In this document: one piece after another, positions 28,996 to 38,498 of the stretch
Numbering within the stretch: position 1 is the first letter of the stretch
Layout: each line of letters opens with the position of its first letter
Assembly (NCBI GenBank): GCA_965656375.1
Contig: CBFHKH010000001.1
Span: 132,691 to 196,690, forward strand
DNA: 64,000 nucleotides
Origin: Minisyncoccia bacterium
Lineage (GTDB): Bacteria > Patescibacteriota > Minisyncoccia > Phycocordibacterales > UBA9973
Direction of reading: 5' to 3'
The notes under the pieces: generated by a model
Database searches by the model: none
Seen by the model: only the letters and a program-made list of their open reading frames with translations
What the model was told of the DNA's origin: nothing
Program-made: the position numbers and the translations under genes

Positions 28996-29553
28996 ATGGA
29001 TACTATACATCAAGAACCAATTTTGCACGAGAAAAAGAAGTTTCGTTTTATTCATGTCGCTATAATTGTTGCGATTGTTATCGTTCTCAATCTCTTCTCT
29101 AACTATGCTGTTTCTCTCATCTATCAAGAGCCCGCATATGAATCGTATGTGAAGCCTGCGCAAGTTGTCGAAAATATTACTACAAAAGACAAATGTATCT
29201 CAGTGGGTGGCCAGTGGAGCGAGAATGCATATCCAACAGAAAAAGGCGCAACAAAAATTGAAGGGTACTGTAATCCAAATTACACAAAAGATCTCGATTT
29301 CCAAAAAGATCGTGCTTCATATGAGAAAAAAGTTTTCATAACACTTATTGTGTTCGGAGTCTTGTTGCTTGTGCTTGCAGGTTTTATGACCGTACAGATT
29401 CTCTCTGTCTCATTTGCCTGGGGCGGCGTACTTTCTCTTATTATTGCATCAATGCGATATTGGTCACTTGCTGATCGAGTTGCAAAAGTTGCGATTCTCG
29501 CGCTCGCACTTGCGCTTCTTATATGGCTCGCTGTCAAAAAGTTTAATAAATAA
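28996..29553 (+). CDS. Membrane protein of unknown function
   Basis: 185 aa with an N-terminal TM and two C-terminal TM helices. Confidence 0.35.
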   Translation: MDTIHQEPILHEKKKFRFIHVAIIVAIVIVLNLFSNYAVSLIYQEPAYESYVKPAQVVENITTKDKCISVGGQWSENAYPTEKGATKIEGYCNPNYTKDLDFQKDRASYEKKVFITLIVFGVLLLVLAGFMTVQILSVSFAWGGVLSLIIASMRYWSLADRVAKVAILALALALLIWLAVKKFNK

Positions 29554-29570
29554 AACCACTTGCATTCTGA

Positions 29571-32500
29571 ATGAAAAATTACGATCATAGTAAAATTGAA
29601 AAAAAATGGCAGAAAGAGTGGGATAAGAAAAAGATCTATAAGACAGAATCTCCAAGTAAAAAAAAGAAATTCTACGTACTCGATATGTTTCCGTATCCGT
29701 CTGGTGCTGGACTCCATGTAGGTCATCCACGTGGGTATATTGGCTCTGATGTATACGCTCGTATGAAACGCATGCAAGGGTTCAATGTTCTTCATCCGAT
29801 GGGATATGACGCATTCGGTTTGCCTGCAGAGCAGTATGCAATTGAACACAAAATTCACCCTAAAAAGGCAGTCGACATAAATGTAGCCACATTCGAACGT
29901 CAGCTCTCTGTGATCGGCCTTTCGTATGATTGGTCTCGCAAAGTAAATACGACTGATCCCACGTACTACAAATGGACGCAGTGGATTTTTATCGAAATAT
30001 ATAATTCTTGGTATGACAATACAAAGAACAAAGCTCGACCGATCGGAGAGCTCGTAAAATTGTTTGAGCGTGATGGAAACAAAAAAATAGATGCGGTATG
30101 TGATGCGGCGTACTCAGATATATTCTCCGCGAATGAATGGAAAGGGTATAGTGATGTAGAGAAGCAAGACATACTCATGAAATATAGACTCGCATACGAA
30201 GGATATGCGCTTGTAAACTGGTGCCCAAAACTCGGCACTGTTCTTGCAAATGATGAAATCGTAGAAGACAAAGATGGCAACCAGGTCTCAGAACGTGGTG
30301 GATACCCGGTAGAGAAGCTTTCTATGCGTCAATGGTTTATGCGTATCACCGCATATGCTGATCGCTTGCTTACTGATCTCGAAGGGTTGAATTGGTCATC
30401 ACATATCAAAGAGATACAGAAAAATTGGATTGGAAAGAGCGAGGGAAGTGAGATCGAATTTAAAACCACTATCAATAGAACTGTGAAAATCTTTACCACA
30501 CGTGCGGATACACTTTTTGGTGTTACCTATGTAGTACTTTCACCAGAACATGCCAATATCGGAGAATTTATCGTGCAGTCACAAAACATGGCTGAAGCAT
30601 CAGCATATATCCGCGAAGCAAAAGAGCGAATGAAGAAAGAAGACATGCCTGCGCATGCAGGAAAGACTGGCATAGAACTCAAGGGTATCAAAGCTATCAA
30701 TCCAGCAAATGGGGAGGAAGTTCCTGTATGGATCGGGGACTATGTCCTTGCGAACTACGGTACTGGAGCTGTGATGGCTGTACCTGCACACGATGAGCGA
30801 GATTTTGAATTTGCGAAGAAATATAACTTGCCAATGAAGAGGGTGGTAGAACCAAAATTTGTATATTCGGAAGGTGAAGCTGCATATAGAGAAAAAGAAC
30901 CATATGTATACAGAGAGTGTATTTGTGCAATTGTGAGAAATCCAAAAGATGATACATATCTTTGTGTAAGCTGGAAAAAATTCAAGATGCATGGTCTAGT
31001 TACGGGAGGTATTGAAATTGGTGAGGATCCAATCGAAACTGCTAAGAGAGAGATCTATGAAGAAACAGGATATAAGAATGTAATTCTGACAAAAGATCCG
31101 AAATTTGGTCTTCAGACTTTTTTCTATCATCGTGTTAAAGAGATCAATAGACGGGCTCGATTTCAGTATCTTTTCTTTGATCTAGTTAATGAAGAACAAG
31201 ATCCATTAGCAAAGGAAGAATTTGATCTTCATGATGTTGTTTGGATTCCCAAAAATGAAATAAAAACTTTCTTTACTGTAGCCGAAGGCGAGTTTACATA
31301 CAATCTTATTGAGAATCCTGATTACATACACAAAGAAGATGGTATTTTATATTATTCTGGAAAATTTGATGGGATGGATTCTGATGAAGCCCGAAAGAAA
31401 ATCACGGAGGAGGTTGGCGGAAAAATAGTAACAAAATACAAAATGCGTGATGCGATATTTGCGCGCCAGCGATACTGGGGTGAGCCGATACCACTTAAGC
31501 ATGATAAGAAGACAGGCCTCACTTCTCCACTCAAGACAAAAGAATTACCACTCAAACTACCAAATGTAACCTCATACGAACCGACAGGTACCGGAGAGTC
31601 GCCACTTGCATCTGTGAATGCATGGGTAAAAAGTGGTTATGAGACTAATACAATGCCCGGCTGGGCAGGATCTTCATGGTACTTCCTGCGATATATGGAT
31701 CCAAAAAATTCTAAAGAATTCGCAAGCAAGAAATCGCTTGCGTACTGGAAAGATGTCGACATGTATATTGGTGGTCAGGAACATGCGACCGGGCATTTGC
31801 TCTACTCCCGCTTCTGGCACAAATTCCTCTATGATATGGGCTATGTTCCTACCAAGGAACCATTCAAGACGCTCAAGAACCAAGGTCTCATCATAGCTTC
31901 TGATGGACGCAAGATGAGTAAGCGATGGGGAAATGTGATCAACCCTGATGAAATAGTAAAAACATATGGAGCCGATACTCTCCGTGTATATGAAATGTTC
32001 ATAGGGCCATTTGATCAAACTGCACTTTGGAGCACTGAAAGTATAATTGGATCTCGGAGATTCATCGAGCGCGTCTATAGATTGCAAGAAAAGATAGTCA
32101 AGAAATATTCACATCCTTCGACTCTCGAGAAAGCACTTCACAAGACAATTAAAAAGGTCACAGAAGATATAGAAGGGATGAATTTTAATACAGCGATTTC
32201 TTCTATGATGGTATGCATCAATGAAGCAGACAAGGCAACAGAAATATCTCTTGATGACTTTAAAAAATTTTTACAAATCCTCGCACCATTTGCACCGCAT
32301 ATTGCAGAGGAGCTTTGGAATTCTTCAGGCGAGAAAAAATCTATACATACATCCGTATGGCCGAAGTGGGATAAGAAAAAAATCGTAGACGATACAGTGA
32401 CTATCGCTATTCAAGTCAACGGCAAATTGAGAGCAGAGCTCGTTATCCCTCTTGATATGGCAGAAGAAGATGTTCGAACTCTGGCACTTGGGGACAAGGC

Positions 32501-32579
32501 TATCGGAGGCTGGATAGAAGGCAAAGAAGTACGACGTGTGATTTATGTGAAAAATAGACTTATGAACATTGTTGTCTAG
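29571..32579 (+). CDS. leuS: Leucyl-tRNA synthetase with an inserted NUDIX hydrolase domain
   Basis: HIGH-type motif HVGH, CP1 editing motif TTRADTLFGV and KMSKRWGN. Between AHDERDFEFAKKYNLP and ARQRYWGEPIP sits an insert of about 170 aa with the Nudix box GGIEIGEDPIETAKREIYEETGY. Total length 1002 aa. Confidence 0.9.
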   Translation: MKNYDHSKIEKKWQKEWDKKKIYKTESPSKKKKFYVLDMFPYPSGAGLHVGHPRGYIGSDVYARMKRMQGFNVLHPMGYDAFGLPAEQYAIEHKIHPKKAVDINVATFERQLSVIGLSYDWSRKVNTTDPTYYKWTQWIFIEIYNSWYDNTKNKARPIGELVKLFERDGNKKIDAVCDAAYSDIFSANEWKGYSDVEKQDILMKYRLAYEGYALVNWCPKLGTVLANDEIVEDKDGNQVSERGGYPVEKLSMRQWFMRITAYADRLLTDLEGLNWSSHIKEIQKNWIGKSEGSEIEFKTTINRTVKIFTTRADTLFGVTYVVLSPEHANIGEFIVQSQNMAEASAYIREAKERMKKEDMPAHAGKTGIELKGIKAINPANGEEVPVWIGDYVLANYGTGAVMAVPAHDERDFEFAKKYNLPMKRVVEPKFVYSEGEAAYREKEPYVYRECICAIVRNPKDDTYLCVSWKKFKMHGLVTGGIEIGEDPIETAKREIYEETGYKNVILTKDPKFGLQTFFYHRVKEINRRARFQYLFFDLVNEEQDPLAKEEFDLHDVVWIPKNEIKTFFTVAEGEFTYNLIENPDYIHKEDGILYYSGKFDGMDSDEARKKITEEVGGKIVTKYKMRDAIFARQRYWGEPIPLKHDKKTGLTSPLKTKELPLKLPNVTSYEPTGTGESPLASVNAWVKSGYETNTMPGWAGSSWYFLRYMDPKNSKEFASKKSLAYWKDVDMYIGGQEHATGHLLYSRFWHKFLYDMGYVPTKEPFKTLKNQGLIIASDGRKMSKRWGNVINPDEIVKTYGADTLRVYEMFIGPFDQTALWSTESIIGSRRFIERVYRLQEKIVKKYSHPSTLEKALHKTIKKVTEDIEGMNFNTAISSMMVCINEADKATEISLDDFKKFLQILAPFAPHIAEELWNSSGEKKSIHTSVWPKWDKKKIVDDTVTIAIQVNGKLRAELVIPLDMAEEDVRTLALGDKAIGGWIEGKEVRRVIYVKNRLMNIVV

Positions 32580-32637
32580 TATTATCATTATTTATTAGGT
32601 ATAATAGAGCCATTATTATTGGCGCAAACAAAACAAA

Positions 32638-34968
32638 ATGGAATCAAAAAAAGTAGAATTTTTTAACAAATTATCATTCGCGACGCTTCTCGGTACGATT
32701 TTCCTCTCATTATTCTTTTTCATACCGTTCATACCAGTTACTCTTGATGCGAGTAAGGGGTTCTTGATCTCGGTTGGGATGACGATCGCCGTCTTCTTTT
32801 GGCTCATCGCTCGACTTGGAGAAGGAAAGTTCGTTATTCCAAAAGACAGAGTACTTTTGTTTGCAGCTTCGATTCCTCTTGTTTTCTTTGTGGCGTCTTT
32901 CTTTTCTTCATCTCGATATACGTCGCTTTTTGGAAGCGGATTCGAGATCGGAACGTTCGGCTCGATGCTGATCTTGTTCATTCTCTTCTTCCTCTCAACG
33001 CTTTATTTCCAGAGTGAGAAACGCATTTGGTATTTTTATGTACTTCTGTTCGCTGGAGCACTTATCCTTGCAGTGTTTGAACTCTTCAACATGTTTATCG
33101 GTTTTGGTTTTGCTCCAAATCTCTTACAAGGCATATCATCAGGGAATCTTGTAGGGAGTTGGAACGATTTTGCATTACTGTTCGGACTCATTGTGCTTTT
33201 GACCGTATTCACGCTTGATTTCTTGAAGTCAAAGAAACTGTTCCATATAATACAGATCTTTTTGCTTATTGTTGGCTTGTTCTTTCTTGCTATCATCAAC
33301 ATACCTCTTGTATGGCTCCTTATTGGTCTCTTCTCAGCTATTATTTTTGTATATAGCATCTCTATTCAGCAGGCAGGTGTACAGATAACGCCCGGAGCTG
33401 ATGGTGCGCAAAAGAAAAAGTTCCCATTTGTCGCACTTATCGTTGTGTTCGTAAGCTTTATCTTTTTGGTAGGTAGTAATTCTATTGGTGGATTCATTTC
33501 TCGATATATCAATGTCTCTAATGTTGACATCCGACCTTCTATTACCACAACTTCACAAATCGCATGGAAAGCTATCAAGCACAATCCAGCATTTGGTACA
33601 GGACCAAATACATTTGTTATTGACTGGGCACTTTGGCAGCCAAAAGATATAGCCCAAACACTATTTTGGAATGTAGATTTTACAAACGGATATAGTTTAC
33701 TCGCAACATTTGTAATTACTACTGGAGTACTAGGTCTTGTCGTATGGCTACTTTTCCTTGGTACATTCTTTATGCGTGGATTGAAATCTCTCAAGGTGGC
33801 ACTTCAGAATCCGCTTTCGAATTATTTCGTGATGGCGACGCTTGTTACTTCGATCTATACATGGGTAAGTGTCATCTTTTACACTCCGAATATTATTATG
33901 CTTGTACTTGCATTTACTTCAAGCGGAATCCTTATCGGAATACTCGTGAGTCGCCAGGCTATACCTGTTCGTACATTCTCTTTCTTGAGCGATCCTCGCC
34001 ATAGTTTCTTCTCGATCTTGGGGCTCATGGTTCTTATGATTGTCACACTCTCTACTACATATCTGTATGCTGAGAAATTCACTTCAATTATCTATTTCTC
34101 AAAAGCTGCAACAAGTACTACAAATACGCTCGAATCTCTGGGACGATCAGAGAGAATGCTTAACAACGCTCTCGTCTTTGATAAAAGTGATATTTACTAC
34201 CGTACGCTCTCACAAGTGTATATTGGAGAAATTCAAGCTCTCCTTGCTGATAAAACCATTTCTCAAGATACGCTTAAATCAAACATCCAGAAACTTGTAA
34301 ATGCAGCTGAGGGATCTGCGACTGCCGCAATCGGACGTAATCCAAAACAATATCAAAACTATGTGAACCTTGGTAATATCTATACCTCTCTCGTATCACT
34401 CGGAGTGGAAAAAAGTTATGAGAGTGCAGCAGCAGCGTATGACAAGGCTCAATCTTTTGCTCCAAATAATCCATCTATAAAACTTGCTCGTGCATCACTT
34501 GAGGTGGCAAATAAAAATAATACTGAAGCAAAGAAATTCATAGAACAAGCCCTTACCCTGAAAGTGAACTACACGGATGCGATCTTCCTCCTAGCGCAGA
34601 TTGAAACAAGTGAAGGAAATCTTGGAGAAGCTATCAAGCAGGCAGAACGCGCAGCAAGTCTCACTCCAAATGATCCTACCGTATTCTTCAGGCTCGGATT
34701 ACTCCGCTACAATAATTCAGATTACACAGGTGCAGTGAGTGCGTTCGAACAAGCTGTTATCCTCGACACGAATTATTTGAATGCACGATATTTCCTCGGT
34801 CAGGCATATCAGAAAGTCGGTCGTTCGAGTGACGCGCTTATCCAATACAAGATCTTGAGTAAGGTATTGCCTGATAATCAGGACGTAAAGAATGCGATCG
34901 ATTCTGTCTCAGGCACATCAACACCTGCTCCTGAAACAACAAAATCTCCTCTACCAGAAAAACAATAA
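32638..34968 (+). CDS. Polytopic membrane protein (O-antigen ligase/Wzy_C-like) with C-terminal TPR repeats
   Basis: At least 10 TM helices at the N-terminus. C-terminal TPR-like repeats (YDKAQSFAPNNPS..., LGLLRYNNSDYTGAVSAFEQAV...). Confidence 0.55.
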   Translation: MESKKVEFFNKLSFATLLGTIFLSLFFFIPFIPVTLDASKGFLISVGMTIAVFFWLIARLGEGKFVIPKDRVLLFAASIPLVFFVASFFSSSRYTSLFGSGFEIGTFGSMLILFILFFLSTLYFQSEKRIWYFYVLLFAGALILAVFELFNMFIGFGFAPNLLQGISSGNLVGSWNDFALLFGLIVLLTVFTLDFLKSKKLFHIIQIFLLIVGLFFLAIINIPLVWLLIGLFSAIIFVYSISIQQAGVQITPGADGAQKKKFPFVALIVVFVSFIFLVGSNSIGGFISRYINVSNVDIRPSITTTSQIAWKAIKHNPAFGTGPNTFVIDWALWQPKDIAQTLFWNVDFTNGYSLLATFVITTGVLGLVVWLLFLGTFFMRGLKSLKVALQNPLSNYFVMATLVTSIYTWVSVIFYTPNIIMLVLAFTSSGILIGILVSRQAIPVRTFSFLSDPRHSFFSILGLMVLMIVTLSTTYLYAEKFTSIIYFSKAATSTTNTLESLGRSERMLNNALVFDKSDIYYRTLSQVYIGEIQALLADKTISQDTLKSNIQKLVNAAEGSATAAIGRNPKQYQNYVNLGNIYTSLVSLGVEKSYESAAAAYDKAQSFAPNNPSIKLARASLEVANKNNTEAKKFIEQALTLKVNYTDAIFLLAQIETSEGNLGEAIKQAERAASLTPNDPTVFFRLGLLRYNNSDYTGAVSAFEQAVILDTNYLNARYFLGQAYQKVGRSSDALIQYKILSKVLPDNQDVKNAIDSVSGTSTPAPETTKSPLPEKQ

Positions 34969-34980
34969 CCCGATTTAGAA

Positions 34981-36669
34981 ATGGTAAAGCGTATTCTTAC
35001 ATTTCTGAATAAGGAGTTCCATGGAGTAAATGAAGCCGCCCTGCTCTTAGGCGGCTTTGCTTTTCTCTCTCAACTTTTGGGTCTTGTGCGTGATAGAGCG
35101 CTTGCGCATATTGTTGGCGCTGGTCCAGTACTCGATACCTACTATGCTGCATTTCGTATTCCTGACTTTTTGTATATATCAATAGCATCACTTGCATCTA
35201 TCACGGTGCTCATGCCGTTTTTAATGGACAAAATACATTCAGATGCTGATGGTAAAGAAAAGGCCCGAAAATTCCTCAACGGCATTTTCAGTGTCTACAT
35301 GCTCTTTATGGTAAGTGTGAGTCTCGTGGTTGCACTACTTATGCCATATATCGCAAGGTACATTGCTCCGGGATTCAGCGAAGTACAACTTCAATCGCTC
35401 ATCACTACGAGCCGGATTATGCTCTTTTCTCCAATTTTCATTGGACTCTCGAATTTGATTGGTACGGTCACTCAGTTATTTCGGAATTTCTTTGTCTTCT
35501 CGCTGTCACCGGTCTTTTATAATATTGGAATCCTTGTAGGAATCATTTTTCTCTATCCGATATATGGTGTATACGGACTTGCAGGTGGGGTAATCATCGG
35601 TGCGGTTATGCATCTGTTGATACAGGTTCCTGTAGTTATATCTCATGGTTTTTTTCCGCGCTTTACATCTCGAATCGCGTGGAAAGAAATTTTCCATGTT
35701 ATACGAGTGTCCCTCCCACGAACACTGACACTTTCATGTAATAGTTTGGCATTTATATTGCTTATCGCGATCGCGTCCACACTCAAAGAAGGTTCTATAT
35801 CGCTCTTTACCTTTTCATACAACCTCCAGTCTGTACCTGTCGGCATCATCGGTATCTCATATTCCGTCGCAGCATTTCCGATTTTGGTGAAATCATTCTC
35901 TATGAAAGATATGGACAATTTCATCGCCCATATAACACAAGCAGCACGACAGATAATTTTTTGGTCGTTGCCCGTTATCACACTCCTTGCTGTACTTCGT
36001 GCGCAGATCGTTCGTGTGATCCTCGGATCAAATACATTTTCGTGGTCAGATACTCGCTTGACTGCTGCAGCAGTAGCGCTCTTTATCATATCGCTTCTCT
36101 CACAGAGCCTCGTCCTTCTGTTTATTCGCGGATATTATGCTGCTGGTAATACCAAGAAGCCACTCTTTGTGAATGTCTTCTCATCAGTGATGGTTATTGT
36201 GTTTGCATATACTACGATCTACATGTTCCGTACGTATCCATCTGTGCTCCATAACCTTGAAGCAGTGCTTCGCGTCTCTGGTGTACCGGGTACGAGTATG
36301 CTCGCGCTTCCTATCGCATATGCGCTTGGATCGCTTTTAAACTTCTTCTTAATCTGGATTCTTTTCAAAAAAGATTTCCTCGAGGGCTCTTCATCAAAAC
36401 TTTCTAATACCTTTGTGCAGAGTGCTACAGGAGCGCTTGTCATGGGTATCGTGACCTATATTGCACTTGGTGTATTCGATGATATCTTTACTCTCAATAC
36501 TGGACGCGGTATCTTCTTCCAAGGATTCTTCTCGGGCTGTATCGGCATTATAGCTGGTGTTCTGGTTCTTTTTATCATGAAGAACAAGGAATTGAGCGAC
36601 TTGGCAAAAGCTCTCAGTCACAAGTTCTGGCGCGGCCGTGTTCTCGCTCCAGAGCAGAAGGAACTCTAA
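34981..36669 (+). CDS. murJ: Lipid II flippase MurJ
   Basis: 562 aa. 14-TM MOP-superfamily pattern with a MurJ-like N-terminus (AALLLGGFAFLSQLLGLVRDRALAHIVGAG). Confidence 0.8.
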   Translation: MVKRILTFLNKEFHGVNEAALLLGGFAFLSQLLGLVRDRALAHIVGAGPVLDTYYAAFRIPDFLYISIASLASITVLMPFLMDKIHSDADGKEKARKFLNGIFSVYMLFMVSVSLVVALLMPYIARYIAPGFSEVQLQSLITTSRIMLFSPIFIGLSNLIGTVTQLFRNFFVFSLSPVFYNIGILVGIIFLYPIYGVYGLAGGVIIGAVMHLLIQVPVVISHGFFPRFTSRIAWKEIFHVIRVSLPRTLTLSCNSLAFILLIAIASTLKEGSISLFTFSYNLQSVPVGIIGISYSVAAFPILVKSFSMKDMDNFIAHITQAARQIIFWSLPVITLLAVLRAQIVRVILGSNTFSWSDTRLTAAAVALFIISLLSQSLVLLFIRGYYAAGNTKKPLFVNVFSSVMVIVFAYTTIYMFRTYPSVLHNLEAVLRVSGVPGTSMLALPIAYALGSLLNFFLIWILFKKDFLEGSSSKLSNTFVQSATGALVMGIVTYIALGVFDDIFTLNTGRGIFFQGFFSGCIGIIAGVLVLFIMKNKELSDLAKALSHKFWRGRVLAPEQKEL

Positions 36670-36727
36670 TAATCTTTTGTTTTTAATGGTTTTCTGGTAG
36701 AATATAAGACTACTAATAGTATTTACT

Positions 36728-38497
36728 ATGTCTCAGAAAAAAAAATCTACCCTACGTCGAATAGCCCTACATCTAAAAGGTCATAATAAAACAGTGACAT
36801 TTTTGCTTATTCTGGTAGTAATTTCTCAAACAGCTAGTATTATCGTTCCTTTTATTTCAAAAACTCTTATAGACTCTTTAACTGGATTTATAAAAAACGG
36901 AGGGGCTTTGCCATGGGGAATGTTAATATATTGTGCTATCGGAATTCTTACCATGGCACTCATTAGCAGTATCTTGCAATCTTCTTATAATTACAATCTT
37001 TTCAAGATGGTAACAAAAGTAGAGGATAAAATTAGAAACCTAGCATTTAAGAAATATTTACAATTACACTCATTGTTTCATCATGGAGCTTCAAGTGGCC
37101 AAATTATTGGACGCATTGATCGGGGTGCAACCTCTTTCTATACTATTGTTAATGACATCGTTGGACAAAAGATTATCCCACCTATAATAATATTCCTCGG
37201 TGCATTTGGTGCTCTCTTGTATGAAAACGTATGGATAGCACTTGCAGTACTAGTTCCATTTCCAGTTTATATTCTTGCAACTCGTAAAATTGCTAATAAG
37301 ATTTACTTAATCGAGCAGCATTCAAATGATGCTTTTGAAGGAGTGTCAAAGGAAATGTATGATGTAGCGGGCAATGTTCTTACTGTGAAGAAATTTTCCC
37401 AAGAAGAAGTAGAAACTTTAAGTAATAGAAATTTATTAAAAGATGCTCGTAAGATACAATATAGCGCGGAACGATTATGGCAACGTATTGAAAATTTACA
37501 AGCAATAATCTCTACTACTGGTCGGATAGCAGTTCTGGGGCTTTCAGCATTCTTTGTTATGAAAGGTGATGCCAGTATAGGCCAGTTTGTCTTATTCATA
37601 ACTCTTCAAGATATGGCTTACAAACCTCTTTCAGAGCTTGGTTCGCTATTTACGCGTATTAGGAGAAATACTACGAGAGTAGAAAGACTGTTCAGTATTT
37701 TAGATGAACCACTACATGTTACAGATATGGACGGCGCCGTAGAGCTTCCGCTTCTTGAAAAGCAGATTGAGTTTAAGGATGTTTCTTTCTCTTATCGCAA
37801 TGACGAACAATGGGCACTTAAAAATATTAATGTTGTGATTCCAGCTGGAACTACATGCGCGCTAGTAGGCAGATCTGGGAGTGGAAAAACAACATTCATT
37901 AATTTGCTTTTACGATCATATGATCCACAAAAAGGAATGATTTCAATTGATAATATAGATATCAAAAAAGCTACTCAAGCAAGTTTGCGAGGACAAATCG
38001 CTGTCGTTCCTCAGGAAGTTGATCTTTTCTCTCGAACAGTATATGAGAATATTGCCTACGGAAAAGGGGATATATCTCAAGAACAAGTTGAAAACGCAGC
38101 TAAAACTGCACTCGCACATGACTTTATTTTACGGTTAGACAATAGGTACAATACAATCGTTGGGGAAAGGGGGATCAAACTCTCGGGCGGTGAACGTCAA
38201 AGAGTAGGTATCGCACGGGCGGTGTTACGTGATCCAAAGATCCTGATCCTAGATGAAGCTACAAGTCATCTTGATACACAAAGTGAACAGCTCATTACTC
38301 GCGCGACTGATGCACTAGTCAAGAATCGCACATCACTCATCATCGCTCACCGCCTCTCTACTGTTATTCATGCAGATATGATATTAGTGTTTAAAGATGG
38401 AAGTATAGAAGCTAGAGGAACTCATGCAGAGTTACTTGAATCCAGTTCTACATATGCTAAACTGCATTCATTACAGTTTGCCGAGGATGAACAATAG
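36728..38497 (+). CDS. ABC transporter permease/ATPase fusion (MsbA-like exporter)
   Basis: 6-TM domain. Walker A GRSGSGKTT, signature LSGGERQR and Walker B ILILDEATS. Confidence 0.85.
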   Translation: MSQKKKSTLRRIALHLKGHNKTVTFLLILVVISQTASIIVPFISKTLIDSLTGFIKNGGALPWGMLIYCAIGILTMALISSILQSSYNYNLFKMVTKVEDKIRNLAFKKYLQLHSLFHHGASSGQIIGRIDRGATSFYTIVNDIVGQKIIPPIIIFLGAFGALLYENVWIALAVLVPFPVYILATRKIANKIYLIEQHSNDAFEGVSKEMYDVAGNVLTVKKFSQEEVETLSNRNLLKDARKIQYSAERLWQRIENLQAIISTTGRIAVLGLSAFFVMKGDASIGQFVLFITLQDMAYKPLSELGSLFTRIRRNTTRVERLFSILDEPLHVTDMDGAVELPLLEKQIEFKDVSFSYRNDEQWALKNINVVIPAGTTCALVGRSGSGKTTFINLLLRSYDPQKGMISIDNIDIKKATQASLRGQIAVVPQEVDLFSRTVYENIAYGKGDISQEQVENAAKTALAHDFILRLDNRYNTIVGERGIKLSGGERQRVGIARAVLRDPKILILDEATSHLDTQSEQLITRATDALVKNRTSLIIAHRLSTVIHADMILVFKDGSIEARGTHAELLESSSTYAKLHSLQFAEDEQ

Positions 38498-38498
38498 T

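Noticed and set aside
38424-38498. Long N-terminal extension of lepA overlapping the ABC-transporter gene.
   Set aside because: The conserved LepA N-terminus starts at MDIQKIRNFSIIAHIDHGKST (38499), directly after the transporter stop.
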